The notes beneath the pieces are model-generated. The model did no database searches. It was given only the letters and a program-made list of their open reading frames with translations, and was not told where the DNA came from. A DNA stretch of 64,000 bases from NCBI GenBank assembly GCA_951406725.2, contig OX597833.1:38130001-38194000 (forward strand). Direction: 5' to 3'. The DNA comes from Octopus vulgaris. Lineage: Eukaryota. Made by a program: the position numbers and the translations under genes. Shown here one piece after another: positions 1 to 8,800 of the stretch; within the stretch, counting starts at the first letter, position 1; every line of letters starts with the position of its first letter.

Positions 1-1
1 C

Positions 2-2419
2 AGCCAAATTGACTACATCCTTGCCAGGCAAAGGGAGAGATGGCTAGTTATAAATGCCAAAACCTTCCCAGGCGAAGAATGCACCCCACAACATAGACTG
101 GTAGTTAGTGACTTTAGGATCAGGAGTAGGAGGACAACCAGAAGACGACCAACATGGAGAAGAAGGATCTGGAAGCTTAAGGATCCTGTGAATGGACAGA
201 GATTTAGAAACATGTTACTTGAAGCCTTTGACGAAGTAGAAGGGGATAGTGTATCACATGGGGTAGAGGACAACTGGACGTTTCTAAGGGACAACCTGCT
301 GAGAGCCACTGACCAGATCTGTGGCTGGTGCAAAGTCCCCTCTCGTCCCAAGGTAACGTGGTGGTGGAACAGTGTCGTAGACAGGGCTATTAGAGAAAAG
401 AGACAGACTTGGAAGCACTGGAAGAATGGTGGTAGCAGGGAATTGTATCAGACTGCTAAAAGGGAAGCTAGGAGACAGGTCTATCTAGCCAGAGGGGAAG
501 CAGATAAGAAAAAATTTGCCAATATTCTGCGCCGTGAGGACCAAAGACTGGAGGTGTTTCGCGTTGCAAGACAGTGTGTGAGAGAGAATTGTGATGTGGT
601 GGGAGAGAAGTGTGTTCGCATGGAAGATGGTTCACTTGCGCTAAACGAGGATGCAAAGAGAGAGGCTTGGAGACGCCACTATGAAAGGTTGCTGAATAAA
701 GAAAATGAATGGGATAAAGAGAGTCTGCCGAACGTTGACCCAACAGAGGGACCAGCTATCAGGGTTGATAGTTCCTTAGTAGCTAAGGCAATTAGAAGCA
801 TGAAGACAGGGAAAGCCCCAGGCCCATCAGGTATCACTGCAGAGATGCTCGAAATATCTGGTAGTGTCGGCTATAGCCTAGTCACCTGTATAGTTAATCA
901 GGTGATACATGAAGGAGTCATACCCAATTACTGGTGTAGCAGCATAATAGTCAACTGCTACAAAGGTAAAGGTGATGCCCTAGATACAAATAATTACAGA
1001 GGTATCAAGCTGTTGGATCAGGTGATGAAGGTTACAGAGAGGGTCATAAGCCAACTAATTAGAGAGAGAGTTAGTTTAGATGAGATGCAGTTTGGTTTCG
1101 TGCCAGGGAAAAGTACCACTGATGCTATATTCCTGGTAAGGCAGCTGCAGGAGAAATACCTAGCCAAAGATAAGGCCCTGTACCTGGCTTTTGTTGACAT
1201 GGAGAAAGCCTTCGACAGGGTCCCCCGATCCCTCATATGGTGGTCAATGAGGAAACTAGGAATAGAAGAATGGTTAGTGAGAGCTGTGCAAGCCATGTAC
1301 AGGGACGCTGCTAGTAAGGTGAGGGTTGGAAATGAGTACAGTGAAGAATTCCGGGTAGAGGTAGGGGTCCACCAAGGCTCAGTCCTCAGCCCCCTCCTAT
1401 TTATCATAGTCCTCCAGGCAATAACGGAGGAATTCAAGACAGGATGCCCCTGGGAGCTCCTCTATGCTGATGACCTTGCTCTAATTGCTGAGTCATTATC
1501 AGAACTGGAGAAGAAGTTTCAGGTGTGGAAGCATGGTTTAGAATCGAAGGGCCTTAGAGTCAACCTAGCTAAAACCAAAGTCCTAATAAGTAGGAAGGTA
1601 GACAAATCACAAACGCCTTCAGGTAGATGGCCCTGCTCGATCTGTAGAAAAGGTGTAGGTAGAAACTCTATAAGATGCACCAAGTGTAAGCTATGGACAC
1701 ATAAGAGGTGCAGCAATGTCATAGGAAGGCTAACTAGGAAGATGGTTTTTGTATGTGGCAGATGCTCGGGAGCATTAACCTCTGAAAATCTGCAGAAAAC
1801 AACTTCCGTCACTTTCCAGGGGGAAAAACTAGAAGTAGTTGATAGTTTCCGTTATCTTGGTGACCAAGTCAGTAGTGGGAGTGGGTGTGCTGAAAGTGTA
1901 ACGGCTAGAGTAAGAATAGCCTGGGCAAAGTTTAGGGAGCTCTTACCTCTGTTGGTGACTAAAGGCCTCTCGCTCAGAGTAAAAGGCAGACTGTATGATG
2001 CATGTGTACGAACAGCCATGCTACATGGCAGTGAAACATGGGCCGTGACTGCTGAGGACATGCGTAAGCTCGCGAGAAATGAAGCTAGTATGCTCCGTTG
2101 GATGTGTAATGCCAGTGTTCATAGTCGACAGAGTGCAAGTACCTTGAGAGAAAAGTTGGACCTAAGAGGAATCAGATGTTGTGTGCAAGAGAGACGATTG
2201 CGCTGGTATGGTCATGTGGTGAGAATGGATGAAGATAGGTGTGTGAAAAAGTGCCACACCCTGGCAGTTGAGGGGACCTGTGGAAGAGGTAGACCCAGGA
2301 AAACCTGGGTCGAGGTGGTGAAGCACGACCTTCGAACTCTAGGTCTCACCAAGGAAATGACCAGAGACCGAGACCTATGGAAGTATGCTGTGCGTGAGAA
2401 GACCCGGCAAGACCAGTGA
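2..2419 (+). CDS. RTE-clade LINE ORF (C-terminal end of APE endonuclease + reverse transcriptase + PHD-like zinc finger), 5' part outside window
   Basis: Frame is open from base 2 (SQIDYILAR...QHRLVVSDF, end of APE domain) through RT motifs [48 protein letters not shown], and the RTE C-terminus RRLRWYGHV..RGRPRKTW, to TGA at 2417-2419. Confidence 0.93.
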   Translation, partial: SQIDYILARQRERWLVINAKTFPGEECTPQHRLVVSDFRIRSRRTTRRRPTWRRRIWKLKDPVNGQRFRNMLLEAFDEVEGDSVSHGVEDNWTFLRDNLLRATDQICGWCKVPSRPKVTWWWNSVVDRAIREKRQTWKHWKNGGSRELYQTAKREARRQVYLARGEADKKKFANILRREDQRLEVFRVARQCVRENCDVVGEKCVRMEDGSLALNEDAKREAWRRHYERLLNKENEWDKESLPNVDPTEGPAIRVDSSLVAKAIRSMKTGKAPGPSGITAEMLEISGSVGYSLVTCIVNQVIHEGVIPNYWCSSIIVNCYKGKGDALDTNNYRGIKLLDQVMKVTERVISQLIRERVSLDEMQFGFVPGKSTTDAIFLVRQLQEKYLAKDKALYLAFVDMEKAFDRVPRSLIWWSMRKLGIEEWLVRAVQAMYRDAASKVRVGNEYSEEFRVEVGVHQGSVLSPLLFIIVLQAITEEFKTGCPWELLYADDLALIAESLSELEKKFQVWKHGLESKGLRVNLAKTKVLISRKVDKSQTPSGRWPCSICRKGVGRNSIRCTKCKLWTHKRCSNVIGRLTRKMVFVCGRCSGALTSENLQKTTSVTFQGEKLEVVDSFRYLGDQVSSGSGCAESVTARVRIAWAKFRELLPLLVTKGLSLRVKGRLYDACVRTAMLHGSETWAVTAEDMRKLARNEASMLRWMCNASVHSRQSASTLREKLDLRGIRCCVQERRLRWYGHVVRMDEDRCVKKCHTLAVEGTCGRGRPRKTWVEVVKHDLRTLGLTKEMTRDRDLWKYAVREKTRQDQ

Positions 2420-2466
2420 GAACAATCAAAATCAAATCATATATCAGAAAGCAGGGGTTAAGTGAC

Positions 2467-3140
2467 CCATCCGTTCGTGTCCGCTGTCAGCCTCGTCTGG
2501 CACCCGTGCCGGTGATACGTAAAAGCACCATTCGCTCATGGCCGTTTGCCAGCTCTGCCTGGCCCCGTGTCGGTGGCACGTAAAAGCACCATCCGTTCGT
2601 GTTCGTTGCCAGCCTAGCCTGGCCCCGTGCCGGTGACACGTAAAAGCACCATCCGTTCGTGGCCGTTTGCCAGCTCTGTCTGGCCCCGTGTCGGTGGCAC
2701 GTAAAAGCACCATCCGTTCGTGGCCGTTTGCCAGCTCTGTCTGGCCCCGTGTCGGTGGCACGTAAAAGCACCATCCGTCCGTGTCCGTTGCCAGCCTCGG
2801 CTGGCCCCCGTGCCAGTGACACGTAAAAGCACCGTCCGCTCATGGCCGTTTGCCAGCTCTGTCTGGCAACCATGTCGGTGGCACGTAAAAGCACCATCCG
2901 TTTGCGTCCGTTGCCAGCCTCGGCTGGCCCCCGTGCCGGTGACACGTAAAAGCACCGTCCGTTTGTGGCCGGTTGCCAGCTCTGTCTGGCCCCGTGTCGG
3001 TGGCACGTAAAAGCACCATCCGTTCGTGTCCGTTGCCAGCATCGCCTGGCCCCGTGCCGGTGACACGTAAAAGCACCATCCGTTCGTGGCCGTTCGCCAG
3101 CTCTGTCTGGCACCTGTGCAGGTGGCACGTAAAAAATACC
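2467..3140 (+). repeat. Tandem array of 11 units of 60-62 bp in the LINE 3' UTR
   Basis: Anchor TAAAAGCACC at 2520, 2581, 2641, 2702, 2763, 2824, 2886, 2947, 3008 and 3068, with a variant at 3130. Confidence 0.95.
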
Positions 3141-3685
3141 CACTACACTCGCGGAGTGGTTGGCGTTAGGAAGGGCATCCAGCCGTAGAAACACTGCCAG
3201 ATCTGACTGGGCCTGACGAAGCCTTCCAGCTTCACAGACCCCAGTTGACCCGTCCAACCCATGCTAGCATGGAAAGCGGACGCTAAACGATGATGATGAT
3301 GATGATGACTGGAATATGGCCATACAGGGACACTGCCCTGAAAGGTTTTGGTTGAATTCACCCCTGCCAGTACTTTTTTTTTAAAGTCTGTTACTTATAT
3401 TGTTAGTCACTGATGCTGATATGCTTGGTTACAGTGATGTAACCAAACCAACACTGGTTGTCAAGTGGTGGCAGGGAACACTGACATATATGTGTGTATG
3501 TCTCTCCCTGTGTCCAGGATTCTTGCAGTTCAATAGATTGGGAGTTTATTAAGCTCATTTGAAAACAGGTGGGGGTTAGCAACAAGAATAGCTTCCAACA
3601 ATAAAAAAGTGTCCCACTACACCCTCATCTGACCTCTGCAAGCACAGAAAAGTAAATTTTAAAACAATGATGATGTACATATGAT

Positions 3686-3720
3686 TGTGTGTGTGTGTGT
3701 GTGTGTGTGTGCGTGCGTGC
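3686..3720. repeat. (TG)n microsatellite
   Basis: Direct reading. Confidence 0.9.
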
Positions 3721-4522
3721 ATGTGTTTGTGTTTCGTTGTCTTCCAAGAGGTGTCCCTTGTTTCAAATCTTCCACGAAAACATTCCAGCCATGGGGAAAT
3801 ATCTTGCTACAAAATAAATTAGGGTTGGTGACAGAAAGACATTTAGTTACAGAATGTCTGCCATAACAAATTCTATCAGACCTATGCAAGCACAGAAAAG
3901 TGGACATAAAAATGACAATGATGATGATGATGATGGTGCATAAAAAAACAGAAGCTACGACAGCATTCACTCACAAGTGAATATGATCTGCTATTATGGA
4001 CTATACTTTCATTGTTTTAGATGCCTATGTAATCACAATGAGGCATAGACACTCTCTTGGCCTTTCCAGTCTTGTCCCTGCCACAGAAGATTGAGGATGT
4101 GACAGTCAGAAGGAGAAAGGGCTGCACCAATATTACTCTAGTTTACTCATTTCAGGTGAGTAAATTAGAATAATATAAAATAAAAGGGTTTACTTAAGGA
4201 CACAACACACCTCCTGATCCAGAGGTTTGAACCTCTGACTTAATGATTGTGAGTTCAACAGTGTAACCACTGGGACATATATCTATACACACTCACACAT
4301 ACATACATACACTGCTATAGTAATAATGCACATTCCTCTGTGAGAAACTCAAACAAGGTTTGACCAACAAAAAGAGAGTGAAGGAGGTGCAAAAGAAATT
4401 AAATGTGAAGTAAATTAGATATATAAAACCCCAACTTCTAAAAGATTGTGTTTGCAGTCGTCAATAGAAAGAGTGTGACATGTTACTACAGCAACATGTA
4501 AACACTGTGCTGTGCTATGTGA

Positions 4523-5323
4523 ATCATCATCATCATCGTTTAACATCAGCTTTCCATGCTAGCATGGGTTGGATGATTTGACTGAGGGATGGCGAACCAG
4601 ATGGCTGCACCAGGCTTCAATCTTGATCTGGCAGTGTTTCTACAGCTGAATGTCCTTCCTAATGCCAACCACTCCGAGAGTTAGTGGGTGCTTTTACGTG
4701 CCACCGGGACGGGGCCAGTCAGGCGATACTGGCAACGACCTCGCTCGAATCTTTTTGCACAGGTGCCAGTAAGGCAATGCTGGTAACAATCACACTCGAA
4801 TGGTGCCTTTTACATGCCACCGGCATGGAAGTCAGTTAGCCGCTCTGGCAACGACCATGCTCGGATGTTGCTCTTAGCACCCTAATAGCACGTGACACTG
4901 GTAACGATTACTCGAATGGTGTCTTTTATGTGCCACTGGCACGGAAGCCAGTTAACAGCTCTGTCAACGATCACACTTGTATGGTGCTCTTTGCACCCTG
5001 CTAGCAAGGATGCCAGTCATCGAATTTGATTTTGATTTCACTTGCCTCAACAGGTCTTCCTTAGCAGAGTATAGTGTCCAAAGAAGGAAAAGGTACGCAC
5101 AAGTGGGCTGATTACGCCCCTGGTATAGGCCACAAGGTTATGCTCTCATTTGGCTTGCCGGGTCTTCTCAAGCACAGCATATTTCCAAAGGACTCGGTTA
5201 CTAATCATTTCCTTGGTGAGGCCTAAAGTTCGAAGGTCGTGCTTCACCACTTCATCCCAGGTCTTCCTGGGTCTACCTCTTCCACAGGTTCTCTCAACCG
5301 CTAGGGTGTGGCACTTTTTCACA
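4523..5323 (-). mobile_element. 5'-truncated RTE LINE, related subfamily (ORF C-terminus + degenerate unit array + tail)
   Basis: Minus-strand ORF VKKCHTLAVERTCGRGRPRKTWDEVVKHDLRTLGL matches the main copy; (CAT)n and the tail are reverse-complemented at 4523-4700. Confidence 0.9.
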
Positions 5324-5761
5324 ATGCTGCGTGTCCTTCTTATCACATGTGGCTCTGTGAATGTGACAGGCACTGTGAACATGATACTCTGGCACTCTGA
5401 AAGCTTTATGAAAATGCAATATTTACATGAATAGTATGCTCTGCAAATGCATATGTCAACACTTTGTCACTGAATGCCTAAAGAAGACTAGACCATGCCA
5501 ACATTGAGCCACCCAGTTACTCTGCCTTTGGCATCCAGATTATTCTGTCAAATGTAATGAAATTGTTTTGAATTAATCATGCATTACATTGTGGCTTTTA
5601 AATTTCAATGATGTAATTAATTTTAGAATGACATTGTAGAGTAAGCATGTGAAGCCAGATCTGGCAAGTTGAACATAAAACGGGTACAATATTTAGGCCT
5701 CATATGGCCAGTTTAAATGCTATAGTTGAAGAAATACAACACAAGAAGAATGAAAACTTAC

Positions 5762-5866
5762 ACAAAGCCATATTTTCAATTTTGTTCCACGGGGAAGATA
5801 AACTACAGCACTTGACCCAGTCCGAGTATTCACAGCATTCATTTGATGGCTCATCCCATGGCAATT
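5762..5866 (-). CDS. CHEK1: CHEK1 coding exon 7 (105 nt; [27 protein letters not shown])
   Basis: Acceptor tgacag, donor gtaagt, phase 1/1. Confidence 0.92.
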
Positions 5867-8800
5867 CTGTCAATGAAGCAAAACCTCTCAATCAACATAA
5901 CTATCATTATTTTGTATAGAAATCATGTGATTCTTTTGTGGTATTACATCCATTTTTCCAGGCTAGTTTAGATAGGAGGGTTGATTATTTTTGTTACAGC
6001 AACTGTTTTTAAAGCTGAATAACTTTCCCACAGTTAAACACTCAAGCATGAAGTACAGAACCTTGCTTTTCTTTAATTTCAAAACAATCTTATCTTTCTA
6101 TGCCAATGAATGTACAATTCTATATATTTTCTTAGTCATTTCAGAAAGTACAATAAGGTGTTATCTCCTTAGGGAGAGTCAGATTTTTAAAAAAATAAGA
6201 CATGTTAGGGTTGTCTCCTATATTTGCTGAGAAAAATGATAACAGTAACTCTTATTGTAGGAACAAAGGCAAAGATTTGAGGGAGAGTGTAGTCAATTGC
6301 ATCAACATCAGTATTTGATTGGTACTTTATTTTATCAATCTCAGAAGAAACAAAGGCAAAGCTGATCCTGCAAGATTTGAACTCAGAATGGACGGAACAC
6401 ATCTTAACATTACAAGACATTTTTCTTCAAAGCTCTAACAATTCTGCCAATTTTAGTAATAATGTTCACTAGCTTTTATTATTTATTCTTTTTCCTTGCT
6501 GATATTTATTTCTAATTATGATTTAATGTTTTATGAATTAAATATGTTAACACTTATCTACCAACTGTATTGCTCAGACAAGCTGGAGTAAAGTTACATG
6601 AATAAAACAATGCTTCCTCTCCAGATAAGGTTTAAACTTCTGACCAAGTATTGCTTTGTGACTAAGAAATTCACGTTGCAATATTCAAAGAACTTTGAGT
6701 GTCTTCTACCACATACTTTACAGAAGCCAGTTTCGTTTTAGCAATTGTTACTCATTAAGTTTGCCATATCATAAGAGGCAACTAAAATGTCATCCAGTCA
6801 TAACACAATGCTTCGAAAAAAAAAGAAAAAAAAAGAGCTATGATGAATATGACTGTTATAAAGCTTGCAAATGTTGATCACGTGTTTTGCTCGTAGTGAA
6901 TTTACCTTCGGAAGGGAGAGAATCTCTTCTAGGTTATATTCTATAACACTGAAGAATATGTATATTTAATTCATAGTTCTGGTATGCAAGGGTGACTGCT
7001 GGTCTTCCATACACAACCTTGCCCAAACTTGTACCTCAGAAGGGGAACTTTCTAGGTGCAATCTCATGGTCATTTATGACCAAAGGGTGTCTTTTAAATT
7101 TCTGTGAGGTTAAGGTGGTAGGTTAATGACTATATAGTCAAGAGTTCAGATCTTTCTGGTGTCTATGTTGTGCTTTTGGGGAAGGAACATATCACATATC
7201 TCTGCTTGACTGTCTGAGCATCAGCAATAAACAGTTGTAGAAAGAATATTACACAGTTATAAAACAATTCTCCAAGCCAACAAAGGAGTTTTCATGTGGT
7301 GGCAAAACTTGCGTTAGCAATTAAATTATATACAGTTATCACTCTACCATATGAAATCATTGGTATGCCAGAACAGTACTAAACAAGAGCTAGGTAAAGA
7401 AGGTTGCTTGACTAGCTAGAAATAATAGACAAGCCAAATTTCTGTCTTAAAAAAGGACATATTGGTTAATGTAGTTCTACATATATGTTTGTAATAAAGA
7501 CAAAATGGTCTTAGCCAGAAAATTTTTGATCATAGGTTTCTTGGATCAAAACAGACAAGGAGATAATCAACATCAACTATTTCAACAACAAATAGAAAAG
7601 TGGATGTTAAAACAGTATTAAGAAACAAAAAAAAAAAAAGGAGTTCAACAGGATTGTATTAAACACTTACCTCCAGCCAACATTGCTACCAAGATAATAC
7701 CACAAGACCAAATATCTGCTGGTTGAGCTGAATAAGGACGACGTCTGATAACTTCAGGAGCAACATATGGAAGTGTCCCACAACATTTTTCCATTTCTCT
7801 CTCCTCTCCCTGATAACGGAAAACAGTAGCAAAACCGAAATCGGAGATTTTCAAGGTATCTAAAATGAATTGAAAGAAAACAAACATATTTAAAATGTAA
7901 TGTAGATACCATAAAAAAAAATTATGAATAATAGATATTTACATTCCTTAATATTTTCACTAATTTCAAGGCAGCAAGTTGGCATAATTGTTAGCATGCC
8001 AGGCAAAATGCTTAGCATTCATCTTTACGGTTTGAGCTCAAATTCCACTGAGGTTCACTTTGCCTTTCATCCTTTCAGAGTCAATAAAATAAGTACCTGT
8101 TGAGCACTGGGGTTCAATGTAATTAACTTAGCCCCTCCCTCGAAATTACTGGACTTGTGCCAAAATTTGAAACCAATAAGTTTTGGAGATCTTGTGAGTG
8201 CATATGGTAGAAAAAAAAATCTGAAAGAAGCCTCTCATATATATTAGTAGTGATAATTATAATGATATTAGTAACTGTGATTTTGATAAGGATAATGGAA
8301 GCAGAGATGACAAAGATTATTATGAAGACAATGAGAACAAAAGCAAATTTAAAACAAATGAAATGTACAAACACATAATCTGGTAAACAATATTTAGTAT
8401 ATTTTTTTACCATTTTCGTCTAGAAGAAGATTCTCTGGTTTTAAATCCCGATGTGCCACACCTCTAGAATGTAAATATTCCTACAATAAAAGACAACATA
8501 AAACTAAAAAATTTTTTTAAAAACTAAGCAAAATGAGAAAACAATGTGAGAAAACAAAAAATGAAAAAATATTTGCAGTCACAGAAATTAGAAGTTTGAA
8601 AAAATATCTTTTTAAAATATTTCTCATTTTTTTTTATAGCATGTGAAAATATACAAAACCTAAAAGCTAACACCAAGAAACAATGGTAGCCAACACAATA
8701 AATCAACTTGTATTCTAATGAAAATAAAATTCATTACATCTGTGTACTGAGTACTATACAAATTCTTGTATATTTTTTATATTATTTATCAAGCATAAGT

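Larger units (their letters stand above)
1..3308 (+). mobile_element. Young RTE-clade non-LTR retrotransposon, antisense within a CHEK1 intron; 3' UTR repeat array, terminal stem-loop and (GAT)n tail
   Basis: Uninterrupted ORF, then a 3' UTR shared with many dispersed copies, a CGTCC..CCATGCTAGCATGG..GGACG stem-loop at 3251-3282, and a (GAT)n tail at 3289-3308. Confidence 0.93.

Noticed and set aside
2467-3140. CRISPR-like array next to a reverse transcriptase
   Set aside because: Inter-anchor segments are homologous to each other rather than unique spacers, there are no cas genes, and the context is a eukaryotic LINE 3' UTR.
2444-3361. Long minus-strand ORFs (up to 256 aa) over the array and similar ORFs at 28847-29382, 40798-41268, 55957-56274
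   Set aside because: By-products of a GC-rich repeat lacking stops; the frame shifts between units and there is no domain signature.
3310-5700. Next CHEK1 exon (LL.KIL...P..R)
   Set aside because: No matching minus-strand exon found; it most likely lies left of the window beyond the LINE.
7820-7845. DFGF instead of DFGL in Chk1
   Set aside because: Conservative change at DFG+1 that, from memory, also occurs in fission yeast Chk1; catalytic residues are intact.
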